DNA of 63,060 bases, filler included, from Perkinsus chesapeaki ATCC PRA-425 (taxonomy: Eukaryota; Protista; Perkinsozoa), in assembly GCA_013115145.1 (NCBI GenBank). It is 10 parts of 10 records of this genome, joined end to end, with 100 filler letters (N's around TTAATTAATTAA, not from the genome) between each part and the next. Parts side by side here need not be neighbours in the genome. Positions count along the whole stretch, not along the records: positions 1 to 29,022 come from JAAPAO010000459.1; 9 more parts are not named here. One strand, given 5' to 3'. Positions 13,601 through 27,239 of the stretch are shown here, piece by piece. Positions within the stretch are counted from its first letter, which is position 1; each line of letters opens with the position of its first letter. The translations under genes were made by a program, and so were the position numbers. The notes under the pieces are model-generated. The model was given only the letters and a program-made list of their open reading frames with translations, was not told where the DNA came from and made no database searches.

Positions 13601-15717
13601 TAATGACTCGCCAGACCCGGACGAGTCGGCCATGTCACGTGCTGAAGATGACTTCATTAATAAACTGATCCAAGGCCTTAACCACGACTCGTGGTCTACG
13701 AATCTCCTTCCGATTGCTCCGACGACCCCTCTAGAAGACTGGTTAAAAAAGAGGCTATGGACCCAATCGAGAAGGCGGGTGTCAAACCAGCGATCGCGCT
13801 GCTGCTAATTAACGAAAGTCCTTCCATTCAACCGACGCATAGGTGTGAGCATTCGCCCGAGGAATTTTTGATCCGGCATTCACTTCGCAGAAGCGAGGTG
13901 AGTAATAGTTTTCAATATCTGTCAAGGCGCCTACATGTCCATTATCATTCAAGTCAGCTCTATTCAGATCTGATTCTAGTCGACCGAGCATTACTCTTGG
14001 GCTTAATTATAGTTACATTCATCGTGATGAAAGACATCTATGTCGTCAGAACATTTGATAGGTGCTTCTTCGACGCATTTTGTCACAAAAGTTTTGCCTA
14101 AATCAACTTTGACATGGCTCCAATCCAATTGCAAATAGGCGTTCATTGTTTCTGGCAGCAGGGAATGTCTTACCTGTCTACGGCGATAGTGATGCTGACG
14201 GATATTGTTCCTCAAAAGAGCGATTTCTATCAGTATCAATCGATATCCATTTGATCAATATAAGGAGCCTTATTAAGGACCACGCCGAAAGCATGAATAG
14301 TACAGGGAAACTAAGATTAGACTAATCTGATTAGTTTCGATCCCTATTCGATCCTTCCCTGATGTATATCTACAGTGTAGAGGTCTACCGGTTATCCCCA
14401 TAGAACCCCCTAGTTCCCTGACCAATTTCGGTTCGTTCAGCTTAGATCAACATGATAGCAACAGTAGCTTTCTCGCACCAGCGAGAAACCGGCGATTCAA
14501 CTCTTATAATTTTAGTTGACCGCTCGGTGCTTGAATCAATGACCTTTTGAGAAGGTTCTCCTGAATTTGCCCTTTAGCTGATCGAATCAGGGGATCAGCC
14601 TGATCCTCTATACCGCAGTATCGCTACACGCAAAGCTCTCACGCGACGAATCCAGAGAGAGCTTCCCGTTATAAGGTGGCCATAGACGAGGTCTACCTAC
14701 ACTGGTTCAAAGCGTACCTAGTATTCCGTCGGAATGATCCCAAGAAAAGTACTACTTAAGGCTCGTTTTCCCAATTATCTCACCTTCTCTTATCATGGGC
14801 ATCGTTCACAGGTATGATCGATTCCGAATTTTCTAGTTCAGGGCCTTAAACTCTCAATTTGGGGGTCCCAAGTTAGCGCCTCTTAGTACGGAAACGTCCC
14901 GCCCCCTGCTGGGAAGCAGGAAAGGTCCCACTCTAGGAAGAGATGTTGCTGTCTCCTCCGTCGGGAAAAAGGGTCGCCCGGGGCGACTCGCCCCCAGGAA
15001 ACATTCTACGCTGGCAGAATGTCCCTCGATGGGACCTCTTGGTGGGCAAATAAGGATATTTGTCACTATGCTGAGCTTTATGTACTCCTATGGTTGGCTT
15101 TCATGCCGACGTACTCTGTGCGCGGCGCACAGTACCCCTGCCCATCGGTTTAAATTTTTTAGGTAGGAAGTTCGGATTATTCCAGTGGGATAAATGCTCA
15201 CGTGCTCAAAGCCAATACTAACGAACGACCTCCCCAAAAAACTCACAGCAAGATGTACCGTCGCAGTGACCACGGAGCCGTCACACCATTGCGGAAAACC
15301 AATACCAAGGAGATTCCTGAGACAGATGGACAAAGTAGGTTTTGCCGCAAAACTTCTGCGTTACTGATGGATGAAAGCGGATCACACAAGGAGTCTCCCC
15401 TTGGGGGAGCGAGTTGGAATGATTCGCAAGATTGGCAGGTGTTGCTAGCAAGAATGTATGAATCAATTCTGAGCGAGGATACCCGTGGTGCAAAAGTTTC
15501 ATTCTTACTCGAATTATTACCAAGCGTAAAAAACGGTGAGCGTCTAAGAACTGGAGATGCTAATTCAGCAAATAGTTCGAAACATACCATTATCAAATTA
15601 AGCAACTTACCATATTATATGATACAAAATGGCGTTGCCAAAACCACTTATGGCATAAATTATGCATGAGAAGAATGAATTAAGGAAAACGAGAAGTGCT
15701 CCTATCAATGGTATCAT
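10636..15717 (-). CDS. TauE/SafE (DUF81) family anion/sulfite exporter-like membrane protein, paralog 1, multi-exon
   Basis: Exon 1 15717-15611 MIPLIGALLVFLNSFFSCIIYAISGFGNAILYHIIW splices in frame to exon 2 15316-15247 NLLGIGFPQWCDGSVVTATVHLA. Later exons: VLSPAMALSQLIMLWR (~13000), LGAAVAGIASGAMIGLF (~12200), GIGGPPMMVWVLLAEPDP (~11520), DIDGLLISSIVVGSILGVLAGNGLADKIS (~11150); last exon to the stop at 10636. Confidence 0.8.
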
Positions 15718-16451
15718 CTCAACTTAGGCGACAAATGCAACATGGAAGTGGACAACACTGAAAACGTGAAGAGTTTGTATTTGCCTTCATTGAATGGTCT
15801 TCGATATGCAAGCATATTCCCTAGCAGGAAATGCTTATCAAACTTTCTATTATATCTACGCATTGCGATACACCTATCCAAAAGGTTGCATGGATTCTTT
15901 CCGCTCCGTTAACACTTACGGTAGCAGAAGATACTCGAACTTTAACACAAAACGATTTGTCGGGGACAACACGGCAAAAAAGTTATCATGTAAACATAGC
16001 ACAAACGGCTAATAAAATCGTCATTCACGCAGCAGCTGTCGCTCCAAGTCGGCCACTGAAAATCACCATTCTAGTTACTTCAAATTTCTCCCGCAGACGG
16101 TTATTGTTTGTTTCCGCTACGTGGAACATTAAAAATGTTCCGTGAACAGCACAGATCAATTTCTTTCCTTCTGGGGGCCGCAACAGGTTGACACAGCAAT
16201 TTTTCTAGCAGAATTTTCACCACGAGATGATGATAAAGGGATAATGTGATGATGATTGAGATAATACAAAATCGATCAACCGTTTCGCTGGGACATCTCT
16301 TAACAATAAGTCGTAAAAACGAAGCTTCCGCGCGAGACGTGTCCATTTGTGAAATGGAAATCGCTCGTTTTTCTCGAGAACTAAATATTCGTCACGTGTC
16401 ACCAACCGTGCTGTTGGTGAGCGATACGCGTGCGGAGGCTATCAGCGAAAT

Positions 16452-19400
16452 CTATCGCTCGCCGTGGTCACTGACCACGCTTCCCTTCACACAGATGCAG
16501 CGAAACCGACATATCTCACCTTTTCCACGGTTTCCTCTGTGCTTGAGGAACCACCACCCCGAAAAAACGGCCGTCAATGCCATAGTGACAGCGAGTAGGA
16601 TAAAAACGATGTGGAGAGGTGTCATTAATAAAGACGTGGCCACGAGGAAAATTATCGTCAAGTGGCGCAGAATCGTCTGACCTGCACGCGCAGTCAACCA
16701 CGGACAATTTCGACCAAAACTCACTGATGTGATGGCTTAAGCTGTTTCCTAAAAATAAACCCGTGACACCTCCCACATTCAAGGCAATGATGAGCCAGAT
16801 GTCAACATGGTCCAGCAAAGTCCCTTGGAGCATCACGGGCAGACGCGTCAGTGCATGGACGGCTGAGAAGCAAGAATGGGAAAAAGTACGCCAAACACGG
16901 CAGAGACCCGAAAAATTTTGTGTAAAGTTACCCTAGGATTTAGTGACTTAATTTTTCCGTGGGGGGTTCTACCGGGAATGTAGCTTCACGATCGAGCAAG
17001 GAAAGTGAGGCAACTAGCAGCGAGAATTTGAAGTTCAATTTTTCGGGAAGCGTTGGGAGTACTGTATATTCAAGTGTTTAAATTTCAAACACTCAAATAT
17101 ACAGCACTTCCAACCTGAAAAAAGTGGTTCCCAACTGGAATTTGAGCATAGACTTTCTCATACAAGAAATGGTAGATTAATTTTACAAGGAAAGCGCAAC
17201 GAAACCTCGGACCTATCGACAGACTTCATCAATAACAAAGATATTATAATTATAAAATTATTAGGTAGTACTAATAGAAGGGTTTCGATTGGGCTCTCTA
17301 TTCTACGTAAGTGTCAGACAGTAATAAGATATTATAAAATAATAAATCACTGTACAAAACGTAGTTCTATATGTGATATGCGCTGTTCAATTGTATAGTT
17401 TGTATACTAAACTTAGCTTACGATTACGTAGTTGCTTAATGTGATGAAATCTGCACAAAATTGGTATTTTTTATTGTGCGCGCGCTGTCTCCTTGTCCTT
17501 AGCTTAGCGCAACCACTATTTTTGTAACAAAAATGAACAAAAATTTTTGTAACAAAACAAAAATTTTGTTTGTATTAATACTTTATCAGAACCAACTAAA
17601 ACGGCTCCTGTTGAGCTCTTTAATCTACCCTTAATAAATACATTCATACAATACTCTTCTAATTATATATCTGCTGTACTAACTGCTGGGATCGGAGAAA
17701 GATTATGATATGTAAAGGGATATGATATATTAGATTTCTACCACCAGACTTACCAAAATTCATCACGGCGCTCGTGCTTCTCCATGCCAACACGGTGGGA
17801 TGTGCGAGAAGAACAAAAATCATGCACGGAGGCGCGCCGATGCCTGAAAACGAAAACTTCTGCAACAGCAGCGAAGAGCAAAAATTTGTTTTGAATTTTC
17901 TGACCGATTCCGAAAATAATATTTTGGAAATCTACTTTTACCGGAAGCGTTACATAACGCTTATACGAGTCGTAATTATGTGGCGCGTGACTCGACATCG
18001 CAAAGCAAACAGAAAACTCGATTGAATAGGTATGCTGACGAGTGATTTTTTGAATTTCCGATTTTCTTGGATATACCACGCATCAAATATCACAAAGAAT
18101 TATGTGGCGCGTGACTTGCCACCGCAAAGTGCCCTGCTAGATCTATCAATATCTAATCACCCCGTTTATCGCCACTCTGCAACAGGCAAATAAACTCAAG
18201 TAAAATCGATCAAAATGGCGAGCGCTAACTCACTGAAGAGTCCAGTCATAACTCCACTTGCTGCACCAGTTACCGATGCCCATATCTTTGGGGCAAGCTT
18301 TCCGTCCGGCCCCAGATTCCAAGGTTGCCGAGCTTTAGGAGAATCGTCTGAGGATCGCCAAATGTCAAAGTCGCTCTCTATCGATACGGTTGGTCTCGAG
18401 CAGTTGGGCGTACTTGCGCCCACCTTTTATTCAACATGGGTCGAGCCAACGACCACACAAAACCGCCCCAAAGAAGAAGTAAATTCGGTGCTGCATTCCG
18501 CTTCAAAATGCGAAGTTTCACCCACTGTGCATATATGGAGCGAGCCGGCTATTCCAAACTCTTGTGGAAGAGCGGACACAGAGAAAGGGAAATTGATCCG
18601 GTCGTCGTTCGGCCAAATTTTTGGCAAAGCCTTGAATATTATTCTCTATATTTGAATGCTTTCTCATCGACGTGCTGAACTTCACACGGCCCTGGAAATT
18701 ACAAAGTGTCGAATAGGATATTTGCCTTTCACAAGAAAACTGAATCAACCAGATTTACTTCACAAAAATACTCAGAGTTGGGCAAAAATTCAGGAACGAA
18801 ATTTTGAACCGTATATATGTAATTATATATATGTATATGTATTATAATGTAATATTAAAGCTTGGTAACTCTACGCTGTCCGCTCACTTTCCTTTCTATC
18901 GATGTACTCCTTCACATCCGCCGCAGCTTGACAGATCGAGGAAACACTCAAAAGCGTGCCCAGTGTGGCTCGCAATAGTCCAACCTAAACAATGGCCACT
19001 AAAAAATTCAGCAGTCGAAGAATCTACCTCGTGCTTCCAGGTGTCGAGGAGCATCGTTGATGGTATTGAAAATACGATCGCTGAAAACAAACAACGTCCC
19101 GGCGAATTGGCAGTATACGGATATCGCTGCGAGTTCAGGTTTCCCGGGTAAAGTTCCGTATTATATATCTATTATACACTTCTGTAACATGTTTCAAATT
19201 TCGTGTTTATAGTCGTCGAAATGGAAAGGTTACGATAGAAGAACTGATTTGCATAACAGTTTGGGCCACACTGTCTTATATACTTCTGTAACATTATAAC
19301 AAGCAATTAATTTCTGAGTGTCCCCATAATACCCCTACCATGAAAAACCCGAAAACCCGGTGGAGAACAAACAGCGCTCATCTTCAACGTGATCGTCGAA

Positions 19401-20459
19401 AGGCACTCTCATCCGAGCATTTTTACTTAAGGAATGCCTACCAGGAATTGTAAGGTAAATGGTGAGCCACAGATCAGCAGTTCTCCACAACTTAATAAAC
19501 TGTATGGCCGCCATAATTGGAGACAGCACCTAGCACACAACGAATCGCACAGCTCTCCAACTTGATTTGGAATTAAGCTTGAAAACATCGATGATCGAAA
19601 CTAAACCGAATTTAACTATGAATTCTGATTATGTCATGCGTAGGTATATTACACTCGTCACAGCTTTCGCGCCGAATAGAGGAGCAATTAAGTGAAAATG
19701 CTTCTATCTCGAGGAAGTTATCTCCAATCAAAATTTCTGATAACTCGGAACACATTTCGATCTCATAGGAGCAGTCTTTCACAAGGTAGGACGGTCCGCT
19801 TCTTGCACGTACGCGCAAATGAATGAATTCAGACGTCTTATGAAAATCGCTCCGTGAAGGCGATAGATTACACTTATATGTGGTCACATAGTGCACTTAA
19901 AAAGGATATTTTTTTCCCTGAAACTCTGGAAAATACTCAGGAAAATATATACAAGAATAAGGATGATACAGAATAATACGCAATAAATTTTCAGCATCTG
20001 AATGATTATCCATCACTGAAGCACTCACCGCCACGGTGGCGCCGCCACCTGCAGGGCTCCGGCTCGTCCAAAATCGCTTGCTGAACGCAAATTGCGTATC
20101 ACAATCTTATAAATTTATACTGTACAATTGAAAATTATTTTTTCAGAATAGAGTTATGAAACTCTGGAAAATAATTAATTATTTTATTAAAATTTTCCCA
20201 ACATATTTCACCACCGAAGCACTCACCGCCACATGCACGGCTCCGGTGACCACAGAACCATCACAGTACTCATGAGGGACAACGAACCCAAGCAGGCACC
20301 TGGCATGAAATGAACCCATCGAGCTCGAAAGTCGTACCAAATTATCTGATATAAAATTGCGTTGCCAAAGCCAGAGATGGCGAAGAGAGCGCATGATAGC
20401 ATCGAGATGACCATGGTGATCAGCAAAGTAGGGATTGGCGTCACGAGCGTTAGCAGCAT
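16452..20459 (-). CDS. TauE/SafE family paralog 2, multi-exon
   Basis: Same exon series as paralog 1: LFAISGFGNAILYQIIW (~20340), YCDGSVVTGAVHVAV (~20250), LSPIMAAIQFIKLWR (~19500), ASVTGAASGVMTGLFS (~18250), GIGAPPCMIFVLLAHP (~17820), DIWLIIALNVGGVTGLFLGNSLSHHI (~16770). Confidence 0.8.
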
Positions 20460-21072
20460 TGTTCCCGGAGGAAGTGAAATAAAAGATACTCTGAAAAATT
20501 ATCAGGGAAATATTAATTTGACGCGCTTATGAATGTAAAGATTTTTTATTAAACTGCCATGGGGGAGAATTGTGTAACGCAATCGATTTGGATGGAGAAA
20601 GAAACACTACAGGCAAGTGACCTATTTACAAACTAAAGTAAGCTATGTGGTGCAGTGGCGTACCTATACGTTGCCCATCAGTGAAGGAGAGGCTGCTTCT
20701 TCTCTTTACCTGATGGAAGAAGTAACTTCTGGAGACTAAAAACACAGATGCTAGATGATCGAAATTTACGCAAGAAATTACAGAAAATTTCATTTTCAAT
20801 CAGAATTTTTTCCAGGTTATTTTCTTACTCATGAAAGGCATAACAAAACAGTCGGATTTTTATTTTTTGCCTTTCAATTTGAACACACCGCCGCTAAATA
20901 GAATAAGCGTCAATCGGGCTTCCAAAGACCTGCAGCAGACTCCATCTTGCAGCGACCTTGTCCTTCGCTTTCGCGCCACAGTACTTGCGAATTTGAGAAC
21001 TCCGGAATGAATCGATCTTCAATTTTCCTCTGGTAGCACTGTTTTAACATGTATAGGAGTATAGCCACAGGC

Positions 21073-24000
21073 TCAGTCACTCGTAAATGGCTGAGCCCTA
21101 TGACGTGTAGAGAGAAAAATGCCGCAAGAGCACACCAGGTCCCCAAATCTCCCGAGAATCGATATGCACATATGGAAGTAGATGATATCAAATAAGAAGT
21201 CCACTTCGCCTACCACGACTTTTCCTTTTTTTGTACTTAGTCCAGCTGAGGCCGATAAACATTAAAATAACAGCCACGGCAAGTATAGGAATGAATATAT
21301 ACATCGGGGTCATCATAAAGGATGATATCAATAGGAACACATCTATAGAGGCGCGGAAGAGTGATGGACCTGAGAAAGATAGATGAAAAATTATGCAGCA
21401 TATTCAGCATGAACCATTACCAACATTCCAGAAGATATTAAAATGAAATATTATCCTTTATATTACAAGGCTTATTCCAAATTAAATTTATCAAGATCTC
21501 GAAATCAAACCAAAGTTCTATCAGGAGCGAAATTCATAAAAATTAATTCCGAGATTTCATAGTGTCCATTATGATCTGAATCGGCTAGATTTCTCAGGCC
21601 TGGCTTTGTGGCTTCGAACCTGTCACAGCCTTGGCGACCTGACTCGGGTCACCCGAGATCCCACCGACCCATTTAAAACGGATTCGAACAGCACCGCGAA
21701 AGCAACGATAAAGTGGAGGAACGATTCCCGCCTTACTGACGTAACGGCTGATCCTGTTTCCCAATACCAAACCACAAACGGCACCGAGATTGAGCGCCAA
21801 GACGGTCCAGAGGTCGATGTTGTCGAGGAGCGAGCCGGCAAGCAATACCGGCAGTCGAGTGAACACGTGGACGACTAAGGTGAAGAGCAGCTTATTCGGG
21901 ACCTCAGAAGATCCATTTTGCACAGCCTGCCCTGGCTGCAATTTTGTAATGATTGAATCATAAACCGGGGAGAGTTTCACTTTTTAATTTATCACCAACA
22001 TGATATTCGGTTTTGTTTTAACCCTACATAAACGTGCTGGGGCGATCAACCGCTGACTTCAATTCTTCTAGCGTGAAAATATGGTTAATTACGATACACT
22101 TATAACAATCAGATTGCAAACAGTTGGGAGGTACGAGTTATCATTAATAAGTAAAATGTTGAAGTATACCAAGCACAGTATACCTCGACGTTGTACATCT
22201 TTTCAGTAGTTAATAACTTATTGAACTACTGAAAAGAAGTACAGAATCGAAAGAGACTAAGACTATTTTTCGCGCGACTGAGATTTCCGTATTCCGTATG
22301 CCTACCAACGTTGAGCGCCGCAGCAGTGCTTCGCCAGGAAAGGGGATCAGGGTTAGTTAGAAGCACAAAGATCATATTAGGTGGGCCGCCAATACCTGAT
22401 ATCCAAGGTTGAAGCAGGTAAGATACAAACTAGGTTAATAGCGCTGCACCTACTAAATAATCCATTCATCGCGCCACTTGCCAGTCCGGCAAGAAGTGCG
22501 CCACCTTTCAACTGCCAAGGTCCACTGGGGGACAAATTAAGTTTTTTGGTAGTTCTTTGAGATGTACCTTCGAAGCCAGAAATAATTCTTTACATATTTC
22601 CTGAGACTTCCATTGTCACAATTCGAGCCAAAAGGGACAATTCAATGACCGATTCAATATTCAAAACGATACGCATTCGATGATTCTCGCCACTCATCAA
22701 CATACAGTGAATTACATGTCGACAAGTGACCTCAAATTGGTGTGTGTTGGGCTTGGGATGACAATGTCGCTCCTGTGAGGTAAGAGCTGACGGGCGACGC
22801 CGCGTCCCACCACTGTTGAAGAACGGAGCACAGCAATCACCCGCCTGCAAATCTCTTTCACTCGGTTAGTTTCCACGAAAACGCCGAAAATCTGTCTTGT
22901 GGAATTGTTACTCACTTCCATCCGATTTAACATGCCGTTTGATTTCGCCATATATTTGCCAGAACGCAAGAGCGCTCAATATAGCACCGAGAATGCTGCG
23001 CAGCAAGGGAACCTTAATAAGAATAGACCACACCAAATTCAACCGGCCGCCTTTCCTTCCAGCAGTAGAGATAGCGCGAATCCACACTGTCGAATTTCGA
23101 GGCATTATTGCGCATAACTGGTAGCAGAATAATAACTGAAAATCTTGGTTTTTGACATTTCTGGCTAGAGTCCATACAAGACACTAAACTCACGCAACGC
23201 GAGTCGCGTTCACGGAAGAGTGGTCTCATATACCAGCTAACGGCCAAAAGTAGCTCTGAACGAAATGCCTTAAAAGTACCAATTCATTTGATGAAAAATC
23301 TCTACCATAGCCTTCAAAAACCTCAACATATCCAACGACTAAGACATACACTTACTTCGCTCTGTAATGTGTCCAGCAGCATTGTACACGGAATCGCAGC
23401 GGAAGCAGCTAAAAGGAGAATCAAATTCGCTCAAACTTGCAGTAAGGTCGATGAAATTTCAATACTAGTAGATTCCTCACCGCTGGGAAGAGGAGTTGAA
23501 CATCGGTTTACCTGCTATAGAAAGATACGCTGCTAGCCAGTAATTCGCACTGCGCCACAGCTTGAGGAACTGGATGATTGACATCAAGGGAGCGTGTAAC
23601 TGAAGGCGATAGTGGAGCTTCCGGTACCCCGAGTCTTGGGGTCCAAGAGCAAGTTGAACGAAGCATAAGTTTGGGGGGGGGTTGGCTTCGACGACTCCCG
23701 ACTCATTAGAGTCGGCCAGGCCCAAGCGCAACTCGTGAAATTCGAATCATGGCGATCGGAGATCACAAAATGAAATAAAAGTAAGAAAGTTACAAGCAGT
23801 AGGGTGAACTTGAACACAGAGGCAATAGTCATACCGCATCACCAGACTGGTGACACCAGTTACTGGTAATTGGCTTAACAGTTTTGTCACAAATGCCATC
23901 ACAGATGTGCTCTGAGGGCTCTTCCCTCTGCCACGAATTGTAACAGAAGGTGTCAAAGAAACACCTATCAAATGCTCTGACAGCATACGTCTCATTTATC

Positions 24001-26075
24001 ATAATGAATGTAATTATCATAAACGCCAAGAGTAATGCTCGGTAGAGCAGCATTTGTCTGAGTTGGGGCGTACCCCACTATTAGACCAAGCGACACACCG
24101 TTATACTCGACCCTTAGCACCGCCAGGTGCTCGTTTATCGGTTTGAAGTCATAGTCTTCAAACAGCCCATCTTTGATTAGGAAACCTACTCCTCCGTATG
24201 CTGGTCTGCCTACTCTCACTCCACTGTAGAGTAGAGTGTATCCGTTATAGACCGCCTCTTCTGCACCTTTAAGTTTGGTCTCTGTTAGGAAACGGATTTT
24301 TAGAAACGCTGCGGCCGCTTCTAAAGTCACCAACCGTAATCGATCGATGGTACTGATGGTTCGAACATCCCACAATCCCATATAGTCGTACTGTCTGGCC
24401 TGCCTGGCATTCGAGACACCTAGCTAATATCCAGTTAACCCAGCATAACCAGTATTGTAGATTAGTTTTTAGTCTGCCTCTCCCAGTTCTCCCACTTCAT
24501 GTTATTATTGTGTTTATGGCCATGGAAATGTCCGTATAAGGTGCCAGCGCCGTTGCATACAGCTCCAAGTCTCTCCATACTTGATTAAGATGAAACAGGT
24601 GTTCGTATAAAAATAGCCGTCGAAGTTAACGAATATCTGCAACGGCTTGATGTTTATGAACTGGCTTATCGCGAAGTTCGTCTATCCAACAGTGCCTCTG
24701 TTACAGAGGGCCTCTACTCAGCTCTCAGCTCGAAAGATGATGCGACCGTATTTAAAGTACTTGACCACAATCGCGGTTGAACCTCGATATCACCAGATAC
24801 GAGTCCACAGTGACCGGTTTGCCAATCCCAGATTGGCAATACTCTTCGGATGACAAAGCATTTGCCCATGAAAGACACTATAGTGACTATTTGCGGTTGG
24901 TTATATCGGAGATAAAATCTCCTGTTCTTTACATGATATGAAAAGTTTTCATTGAAAACTATTTCTCCGTGTCATGAAACTGTTCGAACCCGAGTGCTAG
25001 TAAGATAATAATTGTCACCAGTGAGTTCATCTCACCGATATATTGTTATTTTGAATGTAAATACCACGGAAGTTATCAACTATTTCCATTTTCGACCATA
25101 TATTACCGCCACATGAATCGCTCCCGTAACAACAGAGCCATCGCAATATTTGGGAGTTAAGACGCCCATAACATACCTGATAAGGGTAGTGCAGATCCCC
25201 AATTCAAAAATTCCGCGAATGCCCAGTGAAATATTGCCTAGCAGCATACTGCTCGTTGAAGTAAGACGCCAGCATAAGAATGAGCCACGTTAAAAGCTTC
25301 CTCTATAAATGATGCTGCCCTTGTTTAACGCAAGTTGTGTTGCGAGCTATGGGACAAGTATCCTAGCTCCTCAAGCTAGACTGTTAACTCACTAACATCA
25401 TAATTACTATAGTTATCTGTCAATATATATTAATTGAGTTAATCATAATGGGTTCTTCCAACGACGAAACTTTGGACCTTAGCAGTATGAATATTTCCCA
25501 CGTTCTTGCTGAGCTGAAGAGTTCTCAAAATAAGCTCGCGTGACATGAGAAGTTTTGCAGCAATCACATCTTCGTTGCATTTCCAGAAACGATGAAGCAG
25601 AAATTTTAACTCATCCACTGTTCCACAGCAGATGCTCCCTGTAGGGGTACATTTTTACTCCTTCCCTGGCCCAGGCACCTACTATTTTCTACCAAAATTT
25701 GTAGAACAACCACTGATCCAGATCAAATGCAGACCAAAGAGAGCTTAAGGTCGAAATTTTTACCAGCCGGAATGGTCCACCGCTTGTTAAAACAGGACAG
25801 GATCGGGAGGGGGCACCAAGCATCCCCAGACGGAATGCATTCCGCGTTTGCCTTTCGGTCAAGAAAAATTTGTAATTAAATTCGTAATAATTTTGTAGTC
25901 TCTGATCCGCGAGGAATGCACTTACGTGAGGCCCATGACTTCCCATATACTACCATATAATCTGATACAATATGGCATTGCCGAATCCCGAGATAGCGAA
26001 CAGTGAAGTAGACACTGTCGCATTGAGGAACATTATAAGCAACGTTGGAATCGGGGTTGTGAGGACAGTTATCAT
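21073..26075 (-). CDS. TauE/SafE family paralog 3, multi-exon; 3' end approximate
   Basis: MITVLTTPIPTLLIMFLNATVSTSLFAISGFGNAILYQIIW (from 26075), YCDGSVVTGAIHVAV (~25130), APLMSIIQFLKLWR (~23570), LLAGLASGAMNGLFS|GIGGPPNMIFVLLTNPDP (~22340-22510), DLWTVLALNLGAVCGLVLGNRISRYV (~21780), last TM exon from about 21371. Confidence 0.8.
24060..24400 (-). mobile_element. 5' fragment of an RTE-type non-LTR retrotransposon (APE endonuclease N-terminus) inside a TauE paralog 3 intron
   Basis: GLWDVRT..LTETK..GYTLLYSG..GGVGFLI..F.PINEHLAVLRV..IVGYAPT matches APE endonuclease motifs; similarity stops just after YAPT. Confidence 0.8.
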
Positions 26076-27239
26076 TCCTTTAGGAGCAACAACAGGGCAG
26101 CCTAAAAACTTTATAGAGGCTTACAGCTCAAAATTAAACAAGCAGTATCATGCTTTAATATGCATGTCTAATCTAATATATAATTAAGGATAGATAATAT
26201 CAAGCAAATTTGAACTAAGCTTATATAGGGCAAAGTACTTTACTGTATCGAGCATGAAATTGCTTGATTTTCAAGAGTAAAATTCGGTTCTTCAATCGAC
26301 CCTAATACGTTGTAGTCGTCTCCACCAGTTTTCTCTGTCCCTTTCTTGGACATGGCAAAGAGGCAAGCTTATCCGTTATCGAAATGAATAAATATTATAC
26401 AGTTTGTCTGGAGTGGATTACGGAAAGCTCCGTGCAATTTTTACCGTTATAATTTGATTTCTACTCCGCACCGGTAATCCCCACGGAACGCTGAAGCGTA
26501 GAACTCTACGGAGGGAGGTCGACCGGTGTTCGGAGCTAGACGCCAAAATTCAATCTGCGCCGCAAAATCGATTAGAGAGGCGAGCGCTACCTTAACAGCG
26601 CACATTCGGCGGAGCTGGATTGCCTTTGAACTCGCGGAAAGAGCTCGTGAACAGCATACTCTTGAAAAGTTGATTAAAAATGGCTATCCCTGAAAGTCGT
26701 CGAGGCTCTGGGAGCTCAGAAGCTCCTGTGATGGACGAATTTGAGGATGACTCTGAAGTTCGCGGAAATCTTTACTTCAGTGCACCTGTTGAGGTAAAAG
26801 AACAAGTGCCGTTATGAAGTTGTAGTTCTGGAAAATTGAGATACTATATCATTTATACTTTCTCTTGTACAGCATTTCTCTCATTAGAGATAGCTGGGGC
26901 TCAGTCACCCGTAAAATGCTGAGCAGCCCTACGAAGTGTCGACACAAAATATATACTTTATACAGTCTTATCTATATAAAAATTCATTCAATATAATTAT
27001 ATTATTGACTCATGATAGTATTGTTCACCGTAATAGCACACCTAGCTCTGTTCAGCATCGCCCGAAACCCACTATATGAACCCGCCTGGTCTTGCACGAC
27101 GTGAACGGGCGTATTACATCGACCTTTACTGTAGCTTTGGCAGCAATTTGTCGGGCTGGACAGAATCAGGTGTATAGAGTGGAAGTGGTGATTTAGGTCT
27201 TACCATGCACTCAACGAACAGCAGATCTACTCGCCAGGA

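Noticed and set aside
20910-21191. ORF 20910-21191 as the TauE C-terminal exon
   Set aside because: The TM exon homologous to the other paralogs starts near 21371 in another frame and stops near 21073.
21643-23210. Lone 7-1-7 palindromes (21643-21657, 23196-23210; also 8371-8385, 13345-13359, 14592-14606)
   Set aside because: They lack the third unit, and a few are expected by chance; not counted as scars.
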